Shown: positions 15,448-24,494, numbered from the stretch's first letter. The stretch: 32,000 nucleotides of DNA from Candidatus Saccharimonadota bacterium (GCA_965230905.1 OZ246396.1:900001-932000); one strand, 5' to 3'. Made by a program: numbers and translations. Notes: a model not told the origin generated them from the sequence alone.

Positions 15448-16368
15448 ATGAAAAAACTTTTCCCTTTCTTCCTCTCTCTTTCTTTAATTCTTTCTAGTTG
15501 CGCTCAGACTTCTATACCTGAGGAAGAGGTCGTTAGTACTCAAAGTCATCGGAGTTATGAAATTGAAGTTACTTCTGATCCAAGCACCTTTGAAACTGGG
15601 ATGGACGGAGTATTTACCTACAAGATTAAAAATGACTTAGGTGAAGTGCTTAAAGATTTTGAGGTGGCGCATGAAAAAATCATGCACTTTATCCTGGTGA
15701 GAAAGGACTTACAGGAGTTTCAACATGTTCACCCCACTTATAACGAAAATAGTGGTGAATTTTCTATAAACCTTGTTTTCGCTGAGGCTGGACCTTATCG
15801 TCTTTTCCCTGACTTCACACCTGGAGCGGACAACCTTCAGCAACTACCGGTAACTCTATCTTATGATCTTGATGTGGGAGATACGAGCGCCTATGTGTCC
15901 GAAAATCTTCTAGCCAATACGCTCCCTGTGGATATGGCGGAGTCTTATGAAGTAGAATACACCTTTGATCAGCTGAATCTTGAGCCTCAAGGTCCCGTTG
16001 AATACACTTTAACAATTAAGAAAAATGGGCAAATAGTCGACACTTTGGAACCTTACTTGGGTGCTATGGGACACAGCGTCATTCTTCGTGAAGGGGCGGT
16101 GGATTTCATTCATGCACATGCGGAAAGTGCGGGTCACGACATGAGCAGCATGGGAGAGATGAGCGAGACTTCAAGTATAAGTTTTGCGACGAACTTTCCT
16201 GAAGCAGGAATGTATAAAATATTCACTCAGTTTCAGCACGAAGAGAAAGTAGTCACTACGGAGTATATAATTGAAGTCGGCGGCTTAGAAGAGGCAGCAA
16301 GCCAAGCGGAAACCTCTGATCAAGAAGAACCTGTTCTTGAGATGGACCACTCAATGATGGGGCACTAA
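15448..16368 (+). CDS. lipoprotein with His/Met-rich motifs (candidate periplasmic metal-binding protein)
   Basis: Lipobox ILSSC. Motifs HEKIMHFILVRKDLQEFQHVHP, HAHAESAGHDMSSMGEMSE, and the C-terminal LEMDHSMMGH. Confidence 0.65.
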   Translation: MKKLFPFFLSLSLILSSCAQTSIPEEEVVSTQSHRSYEIEVTSDPSTFETGMDGVFTYKIKNDLGEVLKDFEVAHEKIMHFILVRKDLQEFQHVHPTYNENSGEFSINLVFAEAGPYRLFPDFTPGADNLQQLPVTLSYDLDVGDTSAYVSENLLANTLPVDMAESYEVEYTFDQLNLEPQGPVEYTLTIKKNGQIVDTLEPYLGAMGHSVILREGAVDFIHAHAESAGHDMSSMGEMSETSSISFATNFPEAGMYKIFTQFQHEEKVVTTEYIIEVGGLEEAASQAETSDQEEPVLEMDHSMMGH

Positions 16369-16429
16369 AATAGTATTTTGACAAATTACAGCTTTCCCAT
16401 TAAGGTACCGGCCAAGTACTATAAAAATT

Positions 16430-16822
16430 GTGAAAAAACTTCTTCATATAATTTTCGTTCTCATTGTTGGTTTTTCCCTAGCAGGTAATACTTGCTTTAA
16501 ATCCCATAGTTTTGTTCATACTGCTAATGCACACACCTCTTCTATAGATGTACAGGATCATGAAACGGAAGATTTCGAAGATAAAGAAGTTGTTAAAAGC
16601 CCCCATTGTTGCAATGAAATCGATTCAAGCGTGTCCAATGGTAGGGGTACATCTAAAATTGAAAATACAAATTCATTTAAACATATTCCCGATTTGAGCT
16701 GGTTTACAGCTCAAGATTTTTCCTTCACGCTAAATAATTTCACTACTGAAAATTGGCCATCGACGAGCTCTCAATTCCAGTCAAAAGCCTTCTGGTTAGG
16801 AACTATCGTTAAAAGGGAATAA
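16430..16822 (+). CDS. secreted hypothetical protein (GTG start)
   Basis: 130 aa with an N-terminal signal-like helix KKLLHIIFVLIVGFSLAG and a HCC motif. No family recognised. Confidence 0.45.
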   Translation: MKKLLHIIFVLIVGFSLAGNTCFKSHSFVHTANAHTSSIDVQDHETEDFEDKEVVKSPHCCNEIDSSVSNGRGTSKIENTNSFKHIPDLSWFTAQDFSFTLNNFTTENWPSTSSQFQSKAFWLGTIVKRE

Positions 16823-16900
16823 ATAAAATTCATTTTCATTTCTAAGCTCACCTTTTGATCTTCAGAAATATTAGTTTTTATTCAATTTACTTTTTTTTAT

Positions 16901-17038
16901 ATGTCGTCCAAAAAAATCTTCAGTGTTACTGGTTTAATTTTGTTCTTGCTAATTATTGCCGGATGCTCAGGACAAACAACTCAAAACGTAGATGAAAGTG
17001 AACCGCACGGACATAGTGATGAGGATGCCCATGAATAA
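16901..17038 (+). CDS. small His-rich lipoprotein (45 aa), not in ORF track
   Basis: Translation MSSKKIFSVTGLILFLLIIAGCSGQTTQNVDESEPHGHSDEDAHE. It has a lipobox (IAGC) and the tail HGHSDEDAHE. It lies directly upstream of the RND adaptor gene and overlaps its possible start. Confidence 0.45.
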   Translation: MSSKKIFSVTGLILFLLIIAGCSGQTTQNVDESEPHGHSDEDAHE

Positions 17039-17063
17039 AAGATTATTTTTAACAGATATTATT

Positions 17064-18986
17064 ATGAAAAATCTGAAAGCAATTGTTGTAAAAAATCAGA
17101 AATTAATAGTTGGTCTTCTTATCAGCAGTGTTCTTCTTGTTACCCCATTGGCCTTTGCGAGTCCAGGTCACGATGATGCCGCTGGTGAATCACAAACATC
17201 CGAATCTACTCCTTCATCACAATTAGGCACTATCCAAGAAACAGAATTGGAAAAATTAGGAATTAGTAACGTTTCTTTTGCAGGTGAAGTGCTCTCAACA
17301 GATGATGTACGGGTTCATCCGCTTGTTGAAGGTCAGCTCAATGAATTGAATGTAAAAATTGGCCAGTACGTAGAAAAAGGTCAAGTACTTGGCAGATTAT
17401 CTGTTGCACCAAATCCAGATTTAATTGCCACTTTAGCCGAAAGGGCAAAAAGTGCAGAACGGACAAGGTTACAAGTAATTGTTATCGAAAAAATTGCCAA
17501 TGAAAATAAACAACTGATTGATCAATTAAAAACTGTTCTTGATCGCGCAAAGGATTCGGCCATTCAAACTATTTATGCCCAGTCTGTACAAAATCTTAAT
17601 ATTGCTCAAGGTGCCTCACAGCAATTAACCTCGCAAAACGAAGTTAAAGACGCCGTCATCCAGTCAGCACAAGCCGAATATGAACAAGCACGGACAGCCG
17701 TTGATAGCGAATTGGTGAACGTGCGCACAGCTGCCGAGAAAGCGTATGTTGAATTTACGTCTATAGTATCGGATAACGTTGGTCTAAGTACAAATAGCAC
17801 AATAGATGAGGGTAATTTAAATGAAGCCTATGGGAAGTTTGATCAACAAACACGAAGAAATTTTGTCTCGGCAGTTCAAGCTTTTAAAGATGCATTTAAA
17901 GATGAGACCAAACTTCCAGAAAACGAAATAGCTGTTTTTTTTGATACGGCTGGTGAATTGCTCTTGAGTTCATACCCATCAACCTATGTTTCCGCTGAAA
18001 AACTTGAAGAGCTACGCGGGATTCTTACTGAAAATGAAAGAGATTATTATGAAGCTTTAAAGAATTATAAAGATGCCATTGGTGAATTAGCACAGAAACA
18101 AGCTGACTACGAAACAGTAAAGGCGGAACAGGAAAGAGACATTGTGGGTTTAGAAGTAGACGCTAAAAATGCTCAAAGTGCTTATGAAATAACCGAAAGT
18201 CTAATAGATGCGAAAAAAATCGAAATTGAAACTGATTTTGAGAAGCAAAAATTTGAATACGATAATCAGCTTCTTGAATTACTAAAAGAAAAATTACTTT
18301 ATCAAGCTGAGGCTGAAGCGGCAGAAGTGGCTTACCAGGTATTCGCTTCAAAGATTGGTGGTCAGGAAATTGTCGCTCTGAAGTCAGGATATGTATCGGG
18401 GATATATATGAATCTTGGCGATCATGTAACGCCGGAAACTGCTGTTCTTGCTATCACCGGAGATCCAAAAGCACCTAAGTTTGTCCGTTTTAAAATACCT
18501 GCCGATACTAAATTAGTGAGCGTTGGTGAAGAAGTTGATATCGAATCACCTAATTCTCAATTTGGAAAGACCAAGGCAATAGTGACTGGCGTCTCTCTCT
18601 CTCTGGATTCAAATGGATTTTTCTTAGCTGATGCCGATTTAAATATAGATGCCGATTTACCAGTGCATGCGAATGTACGGATAGTTCCAAACGCTCAAAA
18701 TAAGCTTCTCGTTGTGCCGCTTTCTGCTCTAGTGCTTGATGAAAATGGCAAATATAGTATATGGCTTGTCGATAAAGATAACATCTTACACAAAAAAGAA
18801 TTAACAATTGGAAGAACTTTTGGTGATCAAGTCGAAATTTTTGGGGGAGTTGCATTGAATGATCAATTCATTGTCAAACCTGCTACAGATTTGGTTGATG
18901 GGTCAGTGTGGGAAGGAACTGTACCAACAGAAGAAGTTGAAGAACCTGCTCCAGAGGGTGACGGACATGCTCATTCTCACGATTAA
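17064..18986 (+). CDS. RND efflux periplasmic adaptor (HlyD/CusB-like), unusually long
   Basis: Lipoyl/barrel-like segments (HPLVEGQLNELNVKIGQYVEKGQVLGRL; VALKSGYVSGIYMNLGDHVTPETAVLAI). A coiled-coil region of roughly 300 aa separates the lipoyl-like halves. The C-terminal tail is EGDGHAHSHD. The start is uncertain: the track gives 16992, and ATGs lie at 17031 and 17064. Confidence 0.8.
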   Translation: MKNLKAIVVKNQKLIVGLLISSVLLVTPLAFASPGHDDAAGESQTSESTPSSQLGTIQETELEKLGISNVSFAGEVLSTDDVRVHPLVEGQLNELNVKIGQYVEKGQVLGRLSVAPNPDLIATLAERAKSAERTRLQVIVIEKIANENKQLIDQLKTVLDRAKDSAIQTIYAQSVQNLNIAQGASQQLTSQNEVKDAVIQSAQAEYEQARTAVDSELVNVRTAAEKAYVEFTSIVSDNVGLSTNSTIDEGNLNEAYGKFDQQTRRNFVSAVQAFKDAFKDETKLPENEIAVFFDTAGELLLSSYPSTYVSAEKLEELRGILTENERDYYEALKNYKDAIGELAQKQADYETVKAEQERDIVGLEVDAKNAQSAYEITESLIDAKKIEIETDFEKQKFEYDNQLLELLKEKLLYQAEAEAAEVAYQVFASKIGGQEIVALKSGYVSGIYMNLGDHVTPETAVLAITGDPKAPKFVRFKIPADTKLVSVGEEVDIESPNSQFGKTKAIVTGVSLSLDSNGFFLADADLNIDADLPVHANVRIVPNAQNKLLVVPLSALVLDENGKYSIWLVDKDNILHKKELTIGRTFGDQVEIFGGVALNDQFIVKPATDLVDGSVWEGTVPTEEVEEPAPEGDGHAHSHD

Positions 18987-19006
18987 TAATTGCTCACTAA
19001 TTTTTT

Positions 19007-22000
19007 ATGCTCAACCAAATTATTCTCTGGGCGATCAATCATAAGTGGACAACTATTATTGTCTCAGCCCTGATAGCAGTACTCGGAATCTTCAGTTTGC
19101 TCACTATGAAGGTTGATGTATTACCCAATATAAACAAACCAACGGTCGCTATTTTTACTGAAGGAGAAGGTCTTGCGCCGGAAGAAATTGAACGTCTTAT
19201 TTTAACTCCAATTGAATCAGCAGTTGCTGGTGCCCCAGGAGTTGAGCGTATCCGAGGAACCGCTTCGTTTGGCCTTGCCATCGTTCAAGTCGAATTTAAT
19301 TGGGGGTCAGATATTTATCGTAACCGCCAAATCATTCAAGAAAGAATTGCTCAGTTAAATCTCCCTGAAGGTGCAAAACCAACGCTTGGACCTGTATCTT
19401 CAGTCATGGGAGAGATCATGTGGGTAGGTATATCTTCAAAGGAAGCTAATCTTGATGGTATGGACCTCAGAACTCTTGCTGACTGGACGATACGTCCTGC
19501 TTTATTACGCTTACCTGGAGTTTCGGATGTCATTGTTATGGGTGGTGATGTGCGTGAGTGGCAAATTAATATTAATGCTGAGCGACTTGCTCAATATGAA
19601 CTTACTGTAGAAGATATTGTAGAAAATGTTGAAGGTGCGCTACAGAATCGTGGGGGTGGCATTCTTGTAGAGAATGAACTTGAATACCCGATACGAATCT
19701 TGGTAGCTCCTAGTGAAATTGATGAACTTCAATCTCTTGGCGTGGGTTCTTTCAATGATACGCCTATAGTTTTAGGCGATGTAGCGAGCCTCATAGAAGG
19801 GCCAAGCCCCGTAAGAGGCGCAGCTTCTATTGATGGAAAAGAGGGAGTTGTGATGAGGATTGTTAAGCAGCCTGAAGCAGAGACTCTTGAGGTTACCAAG
19901 CTTGTTGATGAAACACTGGAGTCGCTTGAAAGAAGTCTTCCAGAGGGAATAGAACTTCACAATGACCTTTTTAGGCAAGAATGGTTTATTACTGCAAGCC
20001 TTGAAAATGTTATTGAGGCACTACGAGATGGAATAATCCTCGTGATTATTATTTTGATTCTTTTTTTGGCAAATACTAGAACAACTCTTATTACGCTGAC
20101 AGCGATCCCCATGAGTATTCTGGTCACCGCGATCGTATTCAAGCTCTTAGGTTTTTCGGTCAACGTTATGACTCTGGGGGGTATTGCGGTAGCGATTGGC
20201 GAACTCGTTGATGATGCTATTGTTGATGTAGAAAATGTCTTTACGAGACTTCGTGAATGGAGAAAAAATGGCAAACAAGAACCTCTGGAAAAAGTTGTTT
20301 TTAAAGCATCGAGCGAAGTTCGAAATTCCATAGTCTATGCGACACTGCTCGTAGCAATTGTTTTCTTGCCCATCTTTTTTATTCCAGGAGTAGAAGGAAA
20401 GCTTTTAGCTCCTCTCGGACTTGCGTATCTTACTTCACTTATTGCCTCATTATTTGTTTCTCTTACCCTCACACCAGCACTTTGCGTTCTCCTTTTAGGA
20501 TCAAGCAAAAAAAAGGAAACCCATGAAGAAACAAGATTTGTTCGATGGGTTAAGAAAAATATTACTCCTCTAATAGGCTGGAGCATTAATCATTCGCGCA
20601 CACTTATTACAGGAATTGTAGGTGGTCTTATGATTGCCATCGTGCTTTTCATGGCTGCCGGAAAAGAAGGTGTACCGCCTTTTAATGAAGGAGCGGTTAC
20701 GGTTGGGGTCGTTATGCCTGTAGGGACTGACCTTCAGACATCCAATGATTTTGCTTCTCAAGTTGAAACAAAGATACGTGAAATCCCTGGGATTGTACGC
20801 GTAAGTCATTTGACCGGCCGTGCGGGGGCAGATGCACATGATAGTGGCGCAAACACGAGTGAAATCCAAGTAACTTTTGATCACGGACTTGAAGAAGAGC
20901 GTACACGTCTATTTGGAGAAATTCAAAAGGTACTTGATGAATTTCAAGGTGCAGACTTTAGCCTTGGGCAACCAATTACTCATAAAATGGAAGAGCTCTT
21001 ATCTGGCGTTCGTGCTCCGATCGTCATTAAAGTATTTGGTGATGATCTTGATGCTATGAGAGAAGTAGCGGAACAAGTTCGGGATGAACTAAAACTTCAA
21101 CCTGGAGTTACGAATGCCCAAATTCCAAAAGAAGTACTCATCCCTGAATATCGGATATTTCCAAACCGTGAAAGACTCGGCTCACTTGGTCTGTCTTCAG
21201 GAGAAATCGCAGATGAACTTGAAGCCGGCCTCTTGGGTGTATCGGTGGGTCAGGTACAGCTTGGATCAGCTCAAGTACCCGTTGTAGTGCGCTATGACAT
21301 TTTCAGTAAAGGGAATATGGCCGCAATCAGAAATTTATCCTTTGCAGGAGATCAAGTTACTACATTGAACGACACTTCTGATATTCAAATTCAAGGAGGC
21401 TTAAACCGTCTTAGTCATGAGGGTGGAAAGCGAGTCATAATCGTAAGCGCTAATTATCAGGGAAAAGATATTGTTGGTGCGGTAGAAGAGGTAAAACAGG
21501 ATTTTGAATCCATAGAACTTCCACAAGGGATAACTCTTTCTTTTGAAGGAACATATAAAAGCCAAAAGGAAAATTCCCTGCTTCTTCTAATGCTATTTGG
21601 TGTCGGACTTTGCTTTATTTTTGGAATTTTGTATCACGCCTTTCGGTCAAGCGCTATTGTCATCCTTATAATGCTTAACATCCCAACCGCACTTATAGGA
21701 GGAATAATAGGGGTATGGGTAACTGGTGGTGTAATCAGTTTGGCCCATCTTATTGGTTTCATTTCTTTAGCTGGAATCGTTTCTCGAAATGGAATCATGC
21801 TAATTAGTCACACTATTAACTTAGTGAAAAAAGAAGGCTTACCATTCACACCTGAAACCATGCTGCGTTCAACTCTTGATCGAGTGGTGCCCGTACTTAT
21901 GACATCTTTGACTGCACTCCTTGCTCTTATTCCATTCTTATTGTCATCAGAGGCCCCAGGGAAAGAAATGCTTTATCCGTTAGCTGTTGTTATTTTTAGC

Positions 22001-22111
22001 GGTTTGACTGTATCAACGATTATTTCATTATTCTTAACCCCTTCTCTTTTCTATCGCTTTGGTAAAAAGACAATGCTTGCACATACCACTTCAATCGAAA
22101 GTTCAAATTAA
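19007..22111 (+). CDS. heavy-metal-efflux RND transporter (CusA/CzcA family)
   Basis: 1034 aa with 12-TM RND architecture. The TM4 motif GGIAVAIGELVDDAIVDVEN resembles the CusA segment [20 protein letters not shown]. Confidence 0.95.
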   Translation: MLNQIILWAINHKWTTIIVSALIAVLGIFSLLTMKVDVLPNINKPTVAIFTEGEGLAPEEIERLILTPIESAVAGAPGVERIRGTASFGLAIVQVEFNWGSDIYRNRQIIQERIAQLNLPEGAKPTLGPVSSVMGEIMWVGISSKEANLDGMDLRTLADWTIRPALLRLPGVSDVIVMGGDVREWQININAERLAQYELTVEDIVENVEGALQNRGGGILVENELEYPIRILVAPSEIDELQSLGVGSFNDTPIVLGDVASLIEGPSPVRGAASIDGKEGVVMRIVKQPEAETLEVTKLVDETLESLERSLPEGIELHNDLFRQEWFITASLENVIEALRDGIILVIIILILFLANTRTTLITLTAIPMSILVTAIVFKLLGFSVNVMTLGGIAVAIGELVDDAIVDVENVFTRLREWRKNGKQEPLEKVVFKASSEVRNSIVYATLLVAIVFLPIFFIPGVEGKLLAPLGLAYLTSLIASLFVSLTLTPALCVLLLGSSKKKETHEETRFVRWVKKNITPLIGWSINHSRTLITGIVGGLMIAIVLFMAAGKEGVPPFNEGAVTVGVVMPVGTDLQTSNDFASQVETKIREIPGIVRVSHLTGRAGADAHDSGANTSEIQVTFDHGLEEERTRLFGEIQKVLDEFQGADFSLGQPITHKMEELLSGVRAPIVIKVFGDDLDAMREVAEQVRDELKLQPGVTNAQIPKEVLIPEYRIFPNRERLGSLGLSSGEIADELEAGLLGVSVGQVQLGSAQVPVVVRYDIFSKGNMAAIRNLSFAGDQVTTLNDTSDIQIQGGLNRLSHEGGKRVIIVSANYQGKDIVGAVEEVKQDFESIELPQGITLSFEGTYKSQKENSLLLLMLFGVGLCFIFGILYHAFRSSAIVILIMLNIPTALIGGIIGVWVTGGVISLAHLIGFISLAGIVSRNGIMLISHTINLVKKEGLPFTPETMLRSTLDRVVPVLMTSLTALLALIPFLLSSEAPGKEMLYPLAVVIFSGLTVSTIISLFLTPSLFYRFGKKTMLAHTTSIESSN

Positions 22112-22155
22112 CGGAATTTGTTAAGGTTGTAGCAATTCGGATCAAATTTTTGAGT

Positions 22156-22192
22156 GAGGAGGAATTAGGGTGATTTTCACTAGTTCCTCCTC
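22156..22192. terminator. 13-bp-stem hairpin downstream of the RND gene (no clear U-tract)
   Basis: GAGGAGGAATTAG-N11-CTAGTTCCTCCTC with one mismatch, 45 nt after the stop at 22111. Confidence 0.3.
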
Positions 22193-22378
22193 TACGTCCT
22201 TATATTCCAAGAGTTCCATGACTTTTCCCTGCGTGTCTTTAGCCACCAATAAAACTGCTTCTTCATGTGGCATCAAGTTTTGAAGTTTGATCTAATTTTA
22301 GGATTGTCAGTGGTACCATGTCAGGATGATTACCCCGCAACTTTTTAGCCAATTTAGCAAGTCCGTGACTTCGCCTCC

Positions 22379-22491
22379 TTTTTATACTGTCTCAAATGTC
22401 TCATTTAGCCTGAAATGCCACAATTGTGTCTCACGGCAAGAATAGGTAAGATGAGACAGTCCCAAGGGTACTAGACCCGAGTGGCCAGCCA
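22379..22491 (+). repeat. long-form repeat, copy B
   Basis: Aligns to 5220-5332 at an offset of 17159 nt. The core is at 22464-22491. The variable 21 nt contain TGAGACA, which forms a 7-bp inverted repeat with the third TGTCTCA. Confidence 0.9.
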
Positions 22492-22555
22492 TTACGGGCA
22501 GTTTGAAAGCCTATGACCCACTTTCCTAGGGAGAAATTTGAGGAGTTTTAGGTTC

Positions 22556-22978
22556 TTACTCATCTCTAGCAGTTAGATGAATAATCTCTGGCGGTATTTT
22601 TCTGACACGGATTTTGGATTCTTTATTCAAAAACATTTTCACGAGTCGATGAAGTCCATCTAAAGTGAGCCATTTCCCTTTTTTATTTTTCATAATATCG
22701 ATGGGATAGGACGTGTCACATTCTTTGATTTTATCTCTATGATACGGGTAAGCCTCTAGATTGTTTATAACTTCGTTTGGCGTAATCACAATATTTCCAT
22801 CTTCATCCTCCCAAAAAGGAATATCTAAAATCCATAGAAGTTCATTTATATCCATTACTTCCACCGGCACATCCAGTGCCCACAATTTATTGTTATCTCT
22901 CCAGAAGGGTAAATCGAAAGAATGTTCCTCATGACGAGGATCAACATAGATTTCTTTTTTTGGTTTCTTCTTTTTCAT
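22556..22978 (-). CDS. ParB/Srx-fold-like small protein
   Basis: 140 aa. WLTLDGLHRLVKMF resembles the DGxHR motif of ParB-like nuclease / sulfiredoxin-fold domains. Its start overlaps the upstream stop (TAATG). Confidence 0.55.
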   Translation of the reverse strand: MKKKKPKKEIYVDPRHEEHSFDLPFWRDNNKLWALDVPVEVMDINELLWILDIPFWEDEDGNIVITPNEVINNLEAYPYHRDKIKECDTSYPIDIMKNKKGKWLTLDGLHRLVKMFLNKESKIRVRKIPPEIIHLTARDE

Positions 22979-23901
22979 TAAATTTTGTCAGGTATTTGGA
23001 GCATGAACTCATCATGTAGACCTTTTCTTATGTCTGTCAGTTCCTGGGTCTCAATGGTTTTTTCTAGGGAGACAGCAAAGGCACCTCCTTCTCTTTGAAG
23101 TTTGCTGTAGTGGTCTGCACCTCTTGATTCGGGAGGAGTCTCCGCAGGGAAGAAATAGTCATCTTCTCCTAAAGCAAGAGAAGGATCTCCAGTAAGGACT
23201 TTATCGAGTTTCTCTGCTTCAGATGGATTTTTTGCAGCGTACCCTTGTTCTAATGCCCAAGATACTGTGTCGAGCTGTCTTCCCGGAATGATGAATTGTA
23301 TATTTTTGCCCATTTGGTTTGCTCGTACTTGTGCGAAGGCCTCTGCACCTTTTAAGAGTTCTGTGCCGAGTTCACGGTAGCGACGAACGGCATAGGGTTC
23401 GGGTTCAGTCTCCTCGAAGTGGTCTGATCCCACTTCTACTCTAATGCATGCGACTTCCTCATCGTAAAAATCTCTAGATCTAAATTCCTCCATAAGAGCT
23501 GTTGGATCACTGGCTTTCGGAATTTTTTTCCACAGGAAGAAATGCAGTTCCTCTTTTTTTTCTCCATTTTCATGAGTGAAAAAGGTTTTCGCCGCAAAAG
23601 CGGTAAGAGGGATGTCTGGGTCAAGAACTTTATATTCTAAGGGCACCCATTTTGCACAGCCGGGTCTGCCCATTCTTCCGCCCAATCCTCCAGGAGCATC
23701 TTCAGTAACTTCTGAATAGTTTTGAGCCAAAGTAGTTCCCCATGTTTCCAGCTGTTCTCTCAAGACCGTTTTGTTTTTGATTTCAATCTGCTCAGTGTCA
23801 TACATTTTTGGGTCCGGTCTTGTCGCAACGTAATCCGTCCTTCCTTGGTACAAAGAGTGTATTTCGTCGTAAGCTGGACATCTGATTCTATCAGGAGGCA
23901 T
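22978..23901 (-). CDS. hypothetical protein with GNAT-like acetyltransferase core (tentative)
   Basis: 307 aa. ACIRVEV...YAVRRYRELGTELLKGAEAFAQ...TVSWALEQGYA resembles the GNAT beta4-alpha3 (R/Q-x-x-G-x-G/A) and C-terminal motifs. Recognised by eye only. Confidence 0.45.
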   Translation of the reverse strand: MPPDRIRCPAYDEIHSLYQGRTDYVATRPDPKMYDTEQIEIKNKTVLREQLETWGTTLAQNYSEVTEDAPGGLGGRMGRPGCAKWVPLEYKVLDPDIPLTAFAAKTFFTHENGEKKEELHFFLWKKIPKASDPTALMEEFRSRDFYDEEVACIRVEVGSDHFEETEPEPYAVRRYRELGTELLKGAEAFAQVRANQMGKNIQFIIPGRQLDTVSWALEQGYAAKNPSEAEKLDKVLTGDPSLALGEDDYFFPAETPPESRGADHYSKLQREGGAFAVSLEKTIETQELTDIRKGLHDEFMLQIPDKI

Positions 23902-23958
23902 CTTTCAAATTATTTCTCTTTATTGTATCATAAATTCTCCGATCTTACTATTTTTCCA

Positions 23959-23986
23959 AAGGGTACTAGACCCGAGTGGCCAGCCA
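23959..23986 (+). repeat. 28-bp core repeat, copy E
   Basis: Identical over all 28 nt to the cores of copies A and B, in the same orientation. Confidence 0.85.
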
Positions 23987-23990
23987 ACAT

Positions 23991-24254
23991 ATGAAAGCTA
24001 GATTGATCAAATTGAAGCAAGTGGTAGCTCCAGCCAAGCTCATGGTCGTTACGAAAAAGCGATCGGCAGATGAGATTTATGAGGCTGTTCAATCTGGTGC
24101 AGAATATTTGGGTGAAAACCGTGTTCAAGAGCTAGTAGCAAAATACAGTCCAGGGTTAATGGAAGCGATTTCTTTAGCAGGTGCGGAAATCCATTCCTCA
24201 AATGGAGATGCCCGAAGGCCATTCGGACATGGGCAGGATGATGACTTTTCCTGA
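23991..24254 (+). pseudogene. YggS-family (PLP-binding) gene fragment, N-terminal about 65 aa only
   Basis: LMVVTKKRSADEIYEAVQSGAEYLGENRVQELVAKY matches the YggS pattern LLAVSKTK...GENYVQE. Similarity is lost after about residue 65. Full-length proteins are about 230 aa. Confidence 0.65.
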
Positions 24255-24456
24255 AATGCTCAAAACGAGTGCAGAGGAAGTGCCTGTGTTTTCGTTTATC
24301 GTTTTCAACTCACGCGAACACCGCGATGAAGTGAACGCCAAAGTGATGGCTGATCCTGAAATGACTCCAGATCAATACAAAGACATGGAAATGCCGTTGG
24401 ACATGAATCGCATGGCGTATGGAGGATTCCAGAGTTTTGTGAATCACCAAAGCTAA
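24181..24456 (+). pseudogene. DUF1428-family gene fragment, C-terminal part only
   Basis: FPEMLKTSAEEVPVFSFIVFNSREHRDEVNAKVMADPEM...PLDMNRMAYGGFQSFV matches the C-terminal two thirds of DUF1428. The usual N-terminus (MxYVDGFV...) is missing. The frame differs from the YggS fragment. Confidence 0.6.
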
Positions 24457-24465
24457 TTGATTCGA

Positions 24466-24491
24466 CTAGGGTTCTAGATCCGAGGGGCCAG
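24466..24491 (+). repeat. core repeat, diverged copy F
   Basis: CTAGGGTTCTAGATCCGAGGGGCCAG matches about 22 of 26 positions of the core, in the same orientation. Confidence 0.65.
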
Positions 24492-24494
24492 TTT

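Noticed and set aside
22142-22273. 43-aa minus-strand ORF (MPHEEAVLLVAKDTQGKVMELLEYKDVEEELVKITLIPPHSKI) downstream of the RND gene
   Set aside because: It is short, has no recognisable family, and its 3' half coincides with the 13-bp-stem hairpin at 22156-22192. It could be a remnant of a small gene, but the support is insufficient.
5220-22491. The long repeats as MITE or IS termini
   Set aside because: I found no terminal inverted repeats within or between copies. Both copies are in direct orientation. No transposase ORF or obvious target-site duplication is present. A novel element end cannot be fully excluded.
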